Assembly: GCA_040954595.2 (NCBI GenBank)
Contig: JBECUI020000028.1
Location: forward strand, 248,001-312,000
Direction: 5' to 3'
Origin: Balanoglossus misakiensis
Lineage: Eukaryota > Animalia > Hemichordata
DNA length: 64,000 nt
In this document: positions 1 to 13,772 of the stretch, one piece after another
Position numbering within the stretch: the stretch's first letter is position 1
Layout: the number at the start of each line of letters is the position of its first letter
Notes under the pieces: model-generated
The model's input: the letters and a program-made list of their open reading frames with translations, nothing else
Told to the model about the DNA's origin: nothing
Databases searched by the model: none
Translations under genes and position numbers: made by a program

Positions 1-310
1 AACGTTCTTCACATTTGTCAATCAGACTGAAATTTAGGGAGGCATAAAGTAACTGTAATTTCGGGTATAGTCGTGTCGTGTCTACTATTTGATGGTTAAT
101 TTCAGGACCCCCATTGACCTAATTAATTATGTACACACCTAATTCTAGGCTAACCAATAGATCTAGAAGTTTGGATTTTGTAGGACATAAATCAGTTTAG
201 GATCAAAACTTTTTGACAAAATTTCTGGTATCCACAGCAGATAATCCTTGGCATTCTGTAGAAACCCTGGGAATCGCTTGGGCCCAGTGAACACTGCTTT
301 CAGCTTTAAT
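1..310 (+). mobile_element. 3' end of a Helentron/HINE-like interspersed repeat
   Basis: Homologous to 62150-62770 (shared cacctaattctaggc-aaccaatag, tatccacagcagata..ccttggcatt, and terminus gct(t/tg)cagctttaatt). The repeat status is seen directly; the family label is inferred. Confidence 0.55.
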
Positions 311-1066
311 TCACCATGTAATCAGATGCAGACATTTTGAAAACAATGTGATTTAAATTCTAAGCAGACTTTTGTTAAAGGGTTATGATCGTCTAATGCG
401 CATGTGCCAAAGCAGAGATTCTGGTTACAAAAACTTTATCAATGACACAATTCTGTCTATACAACAGACAAGATGGCGGCAACCATACTCTGTGTCGTAA
501 ATTAGGAAAAAAAAACAGCAAATTGAGTGAAAAGAAGAGACAAAATGAAAGTCTTCTTTATATATATATATATATGGTGGGAAAGAAATATGAAAGGAAG
601 TGAAGGCAGTCCACTATTTGAATGCATGCACATAAAATTTGCAGATATTTGGATTTGATCTTATTTTGTACACACAAAATTACACATATGTGCATAAGAG
701 TAAGACGATTGTCTGCATTTAAAACTGTCTGACGGAGGTTATCATCAGTGCTTCCACACTGATACCATGGAAAAACTAGAAGAATTGAAAATAAGAATGA
801 GACAAGATTTGTTGTATTCCTCTGTCTGTAATTTAGGTCTGCTTTGGGCAAATAGTGCTTTGAATTTATTCTGTGTGACTGTCAGGTCCCAAATACATTA
901 AGATAATTTCGGGAATGGCACAGACCATGTTATTTGTAACATCAAGAAAGCTCCTTTTTTGAGAAAAATGATTTTATTTTTCCCCACATAACAATTCCCA
1001 GGAGTGACACGGGTATCAGTCTTGGTTTTCAAAATATTCACTGTTCACATTATTGTGACAACTTAC

Positions 1067-1285
1067 TTGAAAGTGGTGTCTTAGTTGTTGATTTGTTGAT
1101 TGTATATTGGATGGCTGTGCTTGCACTGCTTGTTGTTGTTGTTGGGCTATCTTTGTAATTGCTTTTGTTGTTGTCTTTGTGTTATGAGTTGATTTTGTCG
1201 TGCATGTTGATCTTGCTGATTCTTCAATTCAAGTTCTTATTTTCTGTGCCATCTCTAGATTCTCCTGCAGTGCTTGAATATTCCT
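1067..1285 (-). pseudogene. Thr/Ser-rich exon with premature stops
   Basis: tttag acceptor and gtaagt donor, 219 nt. Phase-1 reading is EEYSSTAGESRDG...*...*...SPTTTTSSASTAIQYTINKSTTKTPLS. Confidence 0.5.
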
Positions 1286-1548
1286 CTAAAAGATCAAACA
1301 AAGAAAAGTGTAAACAGTCAATCATTGTCATGTGTCAATCTACCAACAGGTAACTGACTACAGGAGCTTCAGCCAATTTTCACTTGGGAGATTATTGAAA
1401 TCAATTTAAAGCTCAGTAACTCCAACTTCGGGTTATTTTCTCAATATTTTTTTGGGGTATCAACTGTGGTTTCTTGTCCCACTTATCATGGAATTAATCA
1501 TATTCAAATATTTGAAGGGATTAAAAAGTACATACTGTAAAACACTTT

Positions 1549-1883
1549 AGTGCCTTTCACACGTGCCATCAACGCCGCCCCAGCAGCGGCCCTAGGGCGG
1601 CGTTAATTTGTAAGTGCCACGTGTGAAAAGGTGAGAGCGGCTTTTTTGGGGACGGTGTTGAGGGGTGGGACCTGGGTCGGGGCGCTGCACTAAACAGCGA
1701 CTCAAATCACGTGTGAACATTGTGACCTTTAGTCACGCTGCTGTGGACGCGCGTAGAGGGCGATGACCCTGTCCCTTTTATACACATGTGCATGCAAAAG
1801 TATTTGAGTCACTGATAAGAAATGTTTACCAAATTTTATAATCCCAAAAAGGGCGCCCTAACAATGGCACGTGTGCAAGCGGC
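1549..1883. mobile_element. Harbinger-like MITE
   Basis: Imperfect inverted ends agtgcctttcacacgtgccat ... atggcacgtgtgcaagcggct around a GC-rich core. Confidence 0.5.
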
Positions 1884-2183
1884 TTTAATTTTTCGCGAGC
1901 AATACATTTTCGCCAAATACGCAAGTGCAAAAATAGTGTAAAAATAAAGTGTCACGTAAATTTTTTTGAAGATAACGATGCAGTGAATGAAATAAGTGAA
2001 CGCGAAAATTTATACTCGCGAAACAGTGGCCGCTCTCGATATAAGATCTGGAGTGCTGAGCAGTCTCTAACTATGTGTACTGATTGGTTGCAATAGAATA
2101 CATATCAATAAGCAGGCCTTCTCCGCCCGTCAAATAGTGTTTACCCATCGTACAAATTGCCAAAATGAAGATATATCCCAATA

Positions 2184-2359
2184 CAGTAAAACTCCAATTA
2201 TCCGAACTGACAGGGGGACATTGATTTTGTTCGGATATGCAGACAGTTCGGTTATTCGGATAGCGATCCTATACAAAAGAACTGTTTGGGGGACATGACA
2301 GCAGTTTGGATAACCAAACAGTTCGGATAATTGGAGTTCGGATAATTGGAGTTTTACTG
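2184..2359. mobile_element. Tc1/mariner (pogo/Tigger-like) MITE
   Basis: Perfect 24-bp TIR CAGTAAAACTCCAATTATCCGAAC ... GTTCGGATAATTGGAGTTTTACTG with TA on both sides. Confidence 0.9.
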
Positions 2360-4505
2360 TATAGGTAATTTAATGGCCTGGAAGGAACATTTTTAGTCAA
2401 AAAATAGTGCCATGCATGCAACAAGCAGGTGTGTAAAGTGTGTCACCCACCAAGCTCAAGGACGCATGAAATAACAAAATAATAACAAAACCAAACAGAT
2501 TACAGGTAATATTACATATTAAGTGACACGACTTGACAATAGCCAAGTCAGGTACAAAGTGCAGAAGTTTTAATGGAGGGTTCCCATACTGATTTTATGT
2601 TCTGTGCATACATCTGTAAGTGTTGCATCAACTGAATTTTGCATCAGCAGAATTGTTGGCATGGTATATTGTAAGAAGTAAAACAGACACTTTATTTCTT
2701 TCAGGGTATTTCAACAGGACTTTGTTATATGACATCACATTTTTAAGTGTTTGATTACCATACTACATAAGGTTGAATGTATTTTGCAAACCTGATCAGT
2801 GAACACAGTGGGGTAAACCTCCATAGCTGCCAAAACGCACATTTTTTCATGAGTTTTCCTTTAAACTTGAATTAATGCATATAAATAGGCTTATCAAATT
2901 TGATTGTGACGGTACTTTGCAATTCGAAAGTCAGCTGGATTAAAACGGTTCTACCGTTTTTATAGGGGTCCAGTTGACCTCCATGGTGAGTAAACAAGTA
3001 TTGTGGTCATGATAGTTCCAGCAGTGCAAATGTTGTGTACACTTCATGATATTAAATATGTTGCTCGGTTGACATAAAAGATTTATCCTTTGACAACCAT
3101 GCTGCCTTTCAGATGGCCAGCCCAAGATAATAGTGGTGAATTTAAAATAGCTGCGAGAACTCCAAACATTTTCATACAAGTAATCCGTTTCCGGTTGACG
3201 ACAAATTCATGCACATACAAGGTATGTCGCTTACAGGCATATAAGTTGAAACTTTAGGGATAATTATCATTTTTTTTTCAAACTTTACTAGTATTAGTCC
3301 ATGCAGATGTAGGCACTGAACTGTATACAAGTATTTTTAACCCTAAATATGAGTGCATTTGCAAGTTTTAACCAGATAAATAATAAAGCTTTGCCATAAA
3401 GAAATATGGCTGCCACCGTGGGAAATGCAAGAAACAATGAAAATGTTGCATTTCTGACTATTGAACTTCATAAACAAAACATGATCTCCTCCACTAGAAC
3501 TCATGCAAGTAAATGTACACCGCTGAGACATTAGATTTTCATTTTTCATTGCAAAATTGCACTTTTTAAAAAATACAGGAATTTTAGATTTTCTTTCATT
3601 TTTGGCCTGTTTTGTCATACATAAGTGTTGATCTTGATATATTATGAAATGTCATTTAATAGACATAATTAAAATCATATATAAGATTATTTAAAGCTTA
3701 ATTTAAATGAATATTTCCTTTTTATGAAAAACTGACAATCTCGAGCAGGCAAACACTGAGACTGATTACAGTATGTAGAGGATGGGGGCGCAAATTGCAT
3801 CTGCATAAAGCAAGAAGAATGCTTCAACATAACTGACACATCTGTTTAAACAGCCAATAAATGGAAGGGGATACTGCTCCCCCCCTCTCTGAAGTCATAT
3901 TACTTGATCAAGTTTCCGAAACTCTGAGTATACGAGTCAAAATGACAATTTGTGCTTAACGTTTGTTTTGGATCAGCATTTTTCTGGTATTGGAGATGGT
4001 TTCAATCACAGCCACTGGACAAAACTGGCCATGTTAATGTTTCCACAAAATCAACAGTCGATTCAAACTGAGAAAATTTGGTCACTGGGAAAAATGTTAG
4101 TGATGTCAAAATGTTATGTTTTAGCACCTATTATCGGACTGAATGAGCGTGCTGCGTTTCATGCATTTATGATGGTTGTCTGCAAAGACCATTGGAGCAT
4201 GTTTGCCAACAGGACTGTGGTCGAATCTATACTGGTACGTGTTTGTGTAAATTGCCTATATAACAGTTGACCAGCAGGGGTAGACACCCTTTGGACAGGA
4301 ATTTGAATTTTAAAGGCACACAAGCTGCAAATTTTGGGATAGTTATAATAATTTTATCAAACAATTGAAAAGAAAATAAATGTTTGCGTGTTGGTTGTTT
4401 ACCATAACTAAAATGTTTGACATTTTCCTACGCGCTAAACAAAACTCTTTTTTTGTCCTTATCAGTAGCAGTGTGGCACCATTTCCTAGATAGACAGAAG
4501 CTCAC

Positions 4506-4556
4506 CTCGTTGATAGCATTTGGGTGTATAACATTTCTCTGTTGTTGCTGGCTTAT
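4506..4556 (-). CDS. 51-nt exon of the EGF gene
   Basis: ttgacag acceptor and gtgag donor; open in phase 1-1 (DKPATTEKCYTPKCYQR). Confidence 0.55.
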
Positions 4557-7024
4557 CTGTCAATAAGATAGGTTACATTTATCTTTAAGGGATTCATAAG
4601 TGACTTTGACATAAGACATCTTAACCCTATGACCTTTCATACAATGAGCAGTTGCCAAATTAACTTTCTCTCTGAACATTAATGTGACCAATCCGGACCG
4701 GGCACTGTTCCATTCTACTACGCAAAACAACTCATCGCAAAGAAACCCAGGAAGGGAAATGCTGACAAAATCTACACCTATCAGTAAATTTCAGACATCA
4801 AATCTTGTAACTGCATTTATACAATTTATTTGAATAATGCCTTTGTGGTTATCTGATGTCAATTATTTAATTGAAGAGTTGTTGTGTTGGAGTTAACTTG
4901 TGTGAATTGCTTGCCTTTCATTCTGACAGTCAATTATATCTTGAGGAAGCAGCTCCTACTTCTAGATTGAAAATATGAATTATTTAAAATACATGTATAT
5001 ATATTTCTTTTCAATGTACAACACTATATCACAAGTCATCTTTTCACAAGAGGTGGGCCAAACCATACAGGAAACTGTGAACAATCATTCAATGCTTTGA
5101 TATTTGGACTGACAACACCACTCTTTGGCACAATATTCAATTTCAAACATTTTTGAATACTGTAAACGCATTGAATATCGCATGTATTAAATGTTGCTAT
5201 TTTGCAATTGGGGCCAGTGAGTGAGCATTTAAATATAAGAATGCAAGGTTCTCAAAAGAAATAAAAGTCACTGTTTGTTCCTTTGATTTGTGTATCATTT
5301 GATAAACTGCAGCCATACACATTCATTGACGAGAAGTGTCAAAACATCCACAGGTCTATTCATTGAATGTGAGGTGCAAAGCTAGAAATGGAGATGTTAC
5401 TAGTAGTGTAATACAAAGACAGCAAATAGCAGCCGGACTTGTTTCCTACAAAAAAATCCAGCCATGTCATGTTGCTGGAAAGTCTTTGTACTTCAATAAC
5501 AATACAGTCCAATTATGAAAGGGAAAGCTATGGATATGTCCTGTTTTAAACATTTGTTTGTACTATTTTGATATTCGCCATGTTAATATCACCACAAGCT
5601 AATATCCAAACTACACACAACTGCAAGTTCACTGGCCTCAAGTCACTTATGGATGTTGACACTAATACCCATTAAAACTTCCTATCTGGGAACATGTAAA
5701 TGCACACTACAGGAAAACAAACCAATAATTCAGAACACTATTGTGACGGTCACAGAACTTGTGAATTTATTACAAAAGCAGTCATCCTGAAAATTGAAAT
5801 ACACAACCTGACGACCATCACTGATTTTAGTCAGCTACCATCACTGAATGAAGAACTCAAACAAAAAATTGCTTAATACGCTGTTAAAAATAACAATGCA
5901 ACAAAAAACACAAATGATCGACTACAGTCATATATGTACATCAAGCAACATCAACTGAAAGGCTACAGGCAGTATCGTCAATACACAGGTTGTTGTTGCT
6001 ATGCTCAAGGCGTCAATGAATTGGTGGTCACATTTCATTGAACAATGAATGGGCAAGTGCTCACTCACTTCTTCAGTGAATTTCACTGTTTGTTTATCTT
6101 ATCATAAAAACTTGGGCACCACAGTCCTTTGGATAAAAATATTCATGTGTGGTGATTTAAAATCAGTGTTGCAAGAAACAGAATTAATCACAGGATTAAT
6201 GGCTTCTGATTGAAAAATACTAAATGCTTAATATGCCATATGCCGCACACAGAGTGATCACATTAGTCAATTGGACCGCTGTTCCGAAGGACTAAAATGA
6301 TTGCAATGTTTTAATATTATATTTATTTTACAAAACCCTTACATCTGAGCTTTACTTTAAAGTACTTCCATTTACAAGTAGTACAAGTACACATCAGTTA
6401 ACATTGACAGCTAGGCATGACGTCATAGATGTAGGACTTCAAAACTGACATTCTGAACAGTGGGGGCGCTCTATCATAGTGGGTTTTAATGAACATGTGT
6501 ATTTAATTTCATGAATCAGATATATCAATGAAAACTGTGTGTTTTAACATACGCTTATTGTTTATGCATTTGCAGTATCTAGTCATATTACAGTAATACA
6601 CCAGACATGTTCTTAACTCAATCAATGTGTGTGTGTAAGTTCAATTTCTGACCACACTCAGATTACCCAAGTCCATGTGACCAACTCTACTGCAAGTATA
6701 CAGACTTGAACTCCGGAAAACTAGTCACCTACAATACTTGAACTGGAGCCACATCCAAAACTTGACTTTGAGATATTTTATCAAATCAGTGCTCCTTTTA
6801 GAATTAGAACTCCCATGCAATTTTTGTGACAGAAGAAATAATGAGATTCCAAGAAAGAACCTCCCAGTTCCCTTTTTAGAGGTCCAACCTTACCATAGAA
6901 AACAACGGGTTTGGACTGTACCATGGTGGTGAAATGGTTAAGCCAGAGCATGTATCAAAATACAGTAAAACCTGTCTCAACCAAAACCTGTCTATTACAA
7001 GGACATTGTTCAAACTCCTAGGTT

Positions 7025-7966
7025 CACTTTTGTTAAATCGCAACACCTGGTCCAGAGCAGTGCAAACATTGGCTAATCAAGCCAGCAAGGTGTTGTCTCT
7101 ACTCTCAGTTGCCAGGTGGAAACTAGGGTATATGCCATTTGAATGTCACTTCAAGGTGTTTGATGCCATGATCTTACTCATTCTTTGTTATGGATCGGAG
7201 ACTTGAGTTTTATGACATCATAGAAAAAGTGCAAAGAACATGGTGCAGAATTTTTCTAGGTGTGCCAAGGAGCACTACCAATGAAGCTGTAATTGGAGAA
7301 TGTGGGCGGTTGCCAGTGTATGTTCACACAATGTTGTATTCGTTACTGGGTGAAACTTATAGAGATGCCACAGGAAAGACTCCCTAGGCAAGCATATTTA
7401 ATGCTACATACGTAATCTTGACTGTTTAGGCTGTCACACTTGGGCAACATCGGTGAAACACATTTTATTTTCGCCTGGATTTCTCAGGAAAGAGGCGATA
7501 AGCGTTTGTTCCTTTCAGCATTTGAGACAAGAATTTCAGATATTTTGAAGCAACAATGGAAATCACACTGTCCGTCCAAAACCAAACTCCGTACATACAC
7601 ACATTTTAAATAATTGTTACAGCCTGAAAAGTAGTTAATGTCAACTGTACACGTAATGTCAAAGACATTTTTGCATGTTTTCGCTGTTCTGCCCTTCCTC
7701 TTGCAATAGAGGAGGGAAGAGATCAGAATGTGGACGTTTCAGAGAGACACTGTAGGCTATGCTCTGGTGCACAAATAGAAGACGAGTATCACTTTTTACT
7801 TGTTTGCCCCTTATATGACAGTCTTAGAAAACAATATATTGGTTACACTAAAATTCCCCACATTCAAATGTTTGTTAATATCATGAGCGCATCAGAATCC
7901 TCAAGTATTTATGTTTACAATGCCTTTAAACTTAGAGAAAATGTGTTAAAAAACTTAATCTGCTAA
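7025..7966 (+). mobile_element. 5'-truncated, degenerate non-LTR retrotransposon 3' region (RTE-X-like)
   Basis: Frameshifted fragments ILCYGSET, IEKVQRTWCRIFLGVPRSTTNEAVIGECGRLP, and C-terminal CCHC motif ERHCRLC...IEDEYHFLLVCPLYDSLR, typical of the post-RT region. Confidence 0.8.
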
Positions 7967-8169
7967 GTGCCTCACTTTGTATCCCGAGTACGTACTTCCA
8001 CACAAGTGCTGCTTGATGTTGTCATTTATATTATTTGAGTACATGTATTATTTATTTCATTTTCGTACAATTTTCTGATTACCTTTATGCCCTCTTACCT
8101 ATGGGCTGGAGGCCTTGACAATCAATTAACGTGCACTGTTGTGCACCTGAACAATGAACAACAAATCAA

Positions 8170-8497
8170 TCACACATTCTCACTGAATCGAAAGCTGTAT
8201 ATGACACAAGCGCTGATTCAGATTGGATGACAAAGCTAAATGTTATCCTATGATACAGAAACTACAACGTGCCAGATGACAGTTCAAGAGTCATTTATTT
8301 AATGTTTTAAAACGAATTTGGCTAATTTGTGGCCGTGTGAGAAATATAATCTCACACACCAAGGACCTGGGATCATATTTCTCACACTCGTCAGGGATAT
8401 TTTGTCCCACACTCGACTGCAGCTTGTTTGGGACAGAAAATCCTCAACACATGTGAGAAATATGATCCCAAGTCCTTGGGAGTGTGAGATTCTATTA
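8170..8497 (-). repeat. Hairpin-containing interspersed repeat (inverted copy of 18620-18970)
   Basis: The reverse complement aligns with 18620-18970; internal inverted arms aatctcacacaccaaggacctggg ... cccaagtccttgggagtgtgagatt. Confidence 0.8.
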
Positions 8498-9014
8498 GTC
8501 TTACAACCTTAGGACCTGGTAAAAGATTTCTCAGACGAGTTGGGGATATTTTTAGCTCGTGTTAGACAAGCCAAAATATCCCTGATGAGTGTAAGAAATT
8601 GCGTTAAGTACACGGTGGTCCCATTCACGGATAATACAAGAAAAAAGTCTACACCGGAGTACATATACAGACAGACACACACACACACACACACACATCA
8701 AGAGATCTACAGGCAAACATTGGCTGACCCATAAGCTGCCAATGGCATGTGTACTGTACACACACCAAATAGAACAGCTGGTCTCTTTAACAGTTAGCCA
8801 GTTATGTAAACATGCAGTTACCAATCACTGTTATTATTAACAAATTGCATCCAAGTCCAGACCCAGGCTTGAATACAATGTTTACACATAACAACATTGC
8901 TTACCCATCGAGCTGAACAAGAAATGATGGTTGATAACCAGAAAAATACTAAATAAAAATTCAAAAGTTACAGATACTGGACCTTTCGTTGTCCACATAT
9001 TGTGCTGGTCTTAC

Positions 9015-9122
9015 CTGTACACTCTCCATTGACCAATCAATATCCCACAGAACAAGTGCAATAAAAAGAGCCTGCTGTATTCACACACTGGCGTTCACAA
9101 AGATCTGCTCTCTTATTGACAT
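9015..9122 (-). pseudogene. EGF-like exon with in-frame stop and missing first Cys
   Basis: ttcag/gtaag-bounded 108-nt phase 1-1 exon: DVNKRADLCERQCVNTAGSFYCTCSVGY*LVNGECT. Confidence 0.8.
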
Positions 9123-9249
9123 CTGAAATCAAAGATAGTTTATTATTTTTAATTTTATTATTATTTATTTCCTGACAAACGTAATACACATACATCTTAG
9201 TGCATTTTCTACTGAAAATAATAAAATTGGAAAACAAGTGAAAGCTTAA

Positions 9250-11853
9250 AGAGCATATCTTGCCTTTTTAAATCTTATCAGAAGGTTAAAAAATGATTGA
9301 AAGAAACCTAATATTTACCAAAAGTGACAATATTTTTCGGGTATCGATTTCCATAATATTTGTTTTGTTCTCATAAAATAGACCAGCTTTAGCGATGCTC
9401 ACAGGTGTCATACGGTGTTTTCGTGCTTTTCTGTGTAATACCACAATGGGAAAAAGAGGTGGTTGCCGTGGTTGCAGCAACACATTACCTAGACGGAAGT
9501 CACCCATGTGAATTCCCCGAAAACCAATGAAAGTCTATGCCACGATCATCGATATTGTACGGTGGATATGAAGCCATCCGGCGGCGGCGGCCGTAACTGT
9601 CAATGCATGACCGTTGAACGATAATCGGCCAGGTTTGAATCACGAGAAGACAATCCACACCCTTACAGTGATCAATATTCAATTCAGAGCACAACTGATC
9701 GTTTATACCCAATATTGGTGTTCATTCAGTGTTCCAGCGACCGCGATTACACAGTAGAAGGTGAACTGGCAGGAGGCGTAAACACAATTTTGCGCTGGCC
9801 GACATCAAGATTGCTTATAATTATTCACTCTTTCGTCTGGCTACCCGGTACCCAGGGACCGCAAACTTCGATAATTAAGGTTGACAGCAATCAATGTGAA
9901 AACTTGAACGTTCAAAATATTACTGTTACTATTTCACATTTTTTTCAGTCATACCTTTGTATGGCTTCGGCTGAATGGTCGCCATCTTTCTTTTCTAATA
10001 TTTTTGTTTACAAGTTTTACGTCGCACTATGTCCGACTCATCGGTTCCAAAACACACTGTACAAATTTTGAAACAAAATGTGTTGAATAAATTTTGCCGC
10101 GTGTGAGTGAAAACCGTTTCCAAACTTGGATATTCGTGTGTATCAATGAAAATGTTTCATGCTTTGTGAGCGTGAGTGGGTCGGCCCGGCATGATCGCCT
10201 GTTGCTGTTGGTTGTATGGTTTCATTTTGTTATAATGCAGTATGAAGCATGTGAAGGAACTTTCATGATTACAGCGACAAGTCATAAATGTTTCTGTTTG
10301 TCATCACCAAAAAGGCATATAGCTTACATGTAATTCAGAAGACAGAATTTTAGTGCTGGCATGGTACATATACATCGCGGCGCGATATGTGTCATCGCTG
10401 CTGACTGCGTGTACACGCATCGGCGCTGATGGAGTTCCCTTGTAATAACACGCGCGTATTTTGTCTGTTGAGGCAGTGATCGAAAATCGCCAAAAGACCA
10501 CGATATATCAGTTGTCAATAAGTTGACATTGTCCAAGATAAGTAGATTGAGACCCAACACTCTAGTCCTAAACCTCTGGGCAATATTCCACGGTTTAAGA
10601 TGGGTCCCCCGGATCTTTTTGCCCGTTGCTATGGGCCTTTGCAGGACATTACACCCCGATTTGGACTAAGCCGTTTTCAGAGTCTAACAAGGGGCTGGTA
10701 ACTAGTTGAAAATCTGCACGATTGTGAGCGCGCGCCCCCTGACGCCATTGATATGCAAATTAGCTAGGTCAAATTTCAAAAGCCTAAGGCTTTTTATTCC
10801 GTGACCTCAAAAACGAACTTGATACGTATTCATTAGTTGCTTGAACCAGGGAAGATCGTGACGGATTTTGTTTTCGAATATTATCGTTGTATCCTACGAT
10901 TTCAGCATACCCGTACCACAGCGGAAAAAGTCATCGATTTTAGGTGTTTTTGGACGCACTCTTCCACCGGTATCGCTTCTTAGCACGACGAAAACCGAAA
11001 AAACGATCCGTCACACTGTGAGGAAGTGCGTTCTCAACAAGCAGGTCAAATTTGACTGGCGTACGTGGCCTATGAAAAAAGCCTTAGGGATTTTCGTGAA
11101 CGGTACAAAATCTCTGTGTACAAAACATTGGATTTTTAGCGTTCGATCCAGTTACTGTGGTCACAGGACGCGCATGCTATCGCTGACCGCTGCTTTACCG
11201 TATTAGCGTGGCGGCCTATGGCCGGGCGGTAGCTGCCGTAAACATACTCGGACAGGGGGTGTGTACACAATCGTGTGTATTTTTAACTAGTTACAAGCCC
11301 CTTGTCGGACGTTTATAACGGTTTCGATCAAAATTGAGTGTAGTGTCCTATAAAGGCCCATAGAAACGAGCAAAAAGATACGGGGGACCCATCTTAATCG
11401 AGGCAGCAATCATTGTATGTGTAAGGTGCCTATACACATCCGCTGCCATTGCATGTTGTGTACTGCTTGCAATGCGTAGCCGTAGCCTAACCGGGCCGAG
11501 TAGTGTTATTTTTTTCATAATCGCATCTCCCCTAAATGAAAAGGTATATATGTACATTTATTTTGAATGGAACGGGGGATCCAGAGGCTGACCCAGCAAA
11601 GCTGTTTAGATCACAGACATGTATGATTGCAATTCAACCACTGCAATGTACAGTCTTGCAAACGTAAATGGGTTCCTCTTGTGACGTCACAGAAATGGGC
11701 GTGGCCCAAACAGAAGTTTTTTCTCAGGCCCTGAACATTTTTAAATTTAACATTTATTTATCCATATGAAATAAGTAAAAGGACACCAGCATTTAACACA
11801 CAAGCCCAATTATTATTTATCCTCAAAGTGTGTTTCGAGCTAAGATATGCTCT
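9250..11853. mobile_element. Kolobok-type non-autonomous DNA transposon (outer element)
   Basis: TIR AGAGCATATCTT ... AAGATATGCTCT, flanked by TTAA at 9246-9249 and 11854-11857. Confidence 0.75.
10599..11393. mobile_element. Kolobok-type MITE nested in 9250-11853
   Basis: Long imperfect TIRs (GATGGGTCCCCCG(G/T)ATCTTTTTGC...) with TTAA at 10595-10598 and 11394-11397. Confidence 0.85.
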
Positions 11854-12473
11854 TTAAAGGATAAAAAAATTACACTTAAAAACCCCAAAGAAACCAAAAC
11901 AGTTCTGAAAGACATTCCTTTTAAACCAAAAAAAGCAATGGAATGAAATTGTGCAGAATAAAAAGACGAGTTTTTAAACCCCTTTTAAAACTGTCTATAG
12001 ATCCAGCATTGCGGATAGAAGGTGAGGTTGATGACACATATTCGTAACCACATATTAATTGATCAGTTGATTGTTTTTACACCAAAGTCCTCAATATCCA
12101 TGGCAATCTCTTTCTAGGAATTTTAACACTCTCTATCATTCTCATTTTAACAAAATCCCCTGAAACTCGTGTACCCTGTCAGCAAAACTTTGTCTGATTT
12201 TTAAAACAACAGATTACTTTTTCACCCTTGCAAACAAATTTTCAATGCTAAGTTTTCACATTTGTTAATTTGTTTATATTATGCATAATTATAATTGGAA
12301 AATTTCTGAGATACAATTTCAACAAACATGTGTTCAGTACGAGTGTGCGGTTGATTTCAAATTTTAAAATGTGTGCAATGGACAGACAGGATGCATGTTT
12401 TATTGTAACCATAGCAATATACAATCCCCAAACAGTGTAGCCACAGAAGAGATCAATATCCACAGTTACATAC

Positions 12474-12596
12474 CTGCACATGCATGGCCATCCTCCAGCA
12501 CATTGAAGCCTTGTCTGCAAGCGCAGCAATAACTACCATGGGTATTCTGACAATAGTGTTGACACGCATTTCCACAACTGTGACATTTATTCATAT
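12474..12596 (-). CDS. Calcium-binding EGF-like domain exon
   Basis: 123-nt phase 1-1 exon, ccag acceptor and gtatg donor: DMNKCHSCGNACQHYCQNTHGSYCCACRQGFNVLEDGHACA. Confidence 0.85.
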
Positions 12597-12808
12597 CTGG
12601 AGGGTAAGAAGAAATTCGAAATAATTTACAAGCATTACATTATTCAAGATAAGCCTACTCTTAACAACTGGAATCTCACACCAAAGACAACTGGGCTCAG
12701 ATTATAACAAGATGGGGATAATTTTTCTCAATTTCATCATTTGAGACAACATATCCCCAAACTTATGTAGTGTCGACGTAACATTATAACATAGTTATAT
12801 CACTGTCA

Positions 12809-12888
12809 GGCATTTGTGTCCTACAGTCAAGGGGTTTTAGACACCTGCAGTCATTTTGATGGCGTTGGTTTGAATCCCACCAGTGCCA
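12809..12888 (+). pseudogene. tRNA-Leu-derived relic (pseudogene or SINE head)
   Basis: The 3' half cagtcattttgatggcgttggtttgaatcccaccagtgcca resembles the long variable arm, T-arm and acceptor of animal tRNA-Leu. GGCA/TGCC acceptor pairing is present; the D and anticodon arms are degraded. Confidence 0.65.
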
Positions 12889-13045
12889 GAAGTGATCAAT
12901 CAAAGTGTATTATAAAACCAGATTCCAAGAAAATACAGCTGTTCAAAGGGGCTTAGGCTTTTTTCATCTTCCCTTGTCAGGTTGATATGACTATTGTTAG
13001 TATGCAGTGTTGTATGAAATGTTTTACATCGCTTACTTACCTCAC

Positions 13046-13160
13046 CCAACATGGCAGCCAATTGTTCTACAGTAAATCCACTGTAATTAATACTACCTTG
13101 ACTTGGCAAAGGATATGGAGGAGAGTTCAGATCAATATACAATGTTTCTATATTGGTGCG
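13046..13160 (-). CDS. Exon of the EGF gene
   Basis: Polypyrimidine+cag acceptor and open reading RTNIETLYIDLNSPPYPLPSQGSINYSGFTVEQLAAML. Tandem donors g|gtgag|gtaag; the first restores phase 1. Confidence 0.55.
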
Positions 13161-13617
13161 CTGTATACAAAGAGAAGATAAAACAATATTTTGTTATTGG
13201 CAGTATTGTCAGTCAGTGTTTTTTTTAACCCTTCCACCCCAATTTCCTCTTCAGTGCTCCAACCTTAACATAGAAAACAATGCAGTTGGACTGAACCATT
13301 GTGGTGATCAGGGTAATGTAACCAGGGTTCCCCAGTCATTTTGTTAACATTCCTTATGGTACCATAAATGCAGTCATATTAATGGTAAGACAGGTGTTAC
13401 ATGGGGTTTCAAAATCACTTATTGCTCCACCCCCCCCCCCCCCCCCCCCCAACAATAGCCAAAATACTGTCAGTGTTATCCAAATTCTTATTTCACACCT
13501 GTTACAACTAACAAGGTATCTGTCACAGTCATTTTATGCTCTTTTAGTATCCAGGATCTATTGTCGATGATATAATCATCTCTGATCAGACTAGATTGCA
13601 TGTATAGCTCAACAGAA

Positions 13618-13772
13618 TAATATTGAAGGTCAGAATGCTTTTGATGAGGAAACAAAACACCAACTGCGAGAATATATCTTCTTCAGAAAATACCATCATT
13701 TTTATGTTAGTCAAGATACTTTGCAACTGGTGTATTGTTCTCTCATCAAAAGCATTCTGACCTTCAATATTA
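13618..13772. repeat. Inverted repeat / small foldback element
   Basis: taatattgaaggtcagaatgcttttgatgag at 13618 is the exact reverse complement of the 31 bp ending at 13772, with further imperfect extension. Confidence 0.85.

Noticed and set aside
4850-4962. Additional minus-strand exon of the EGF gene
   Set aside because: There is an acceptor-like site, but stops in the frames checked and no clear donor.
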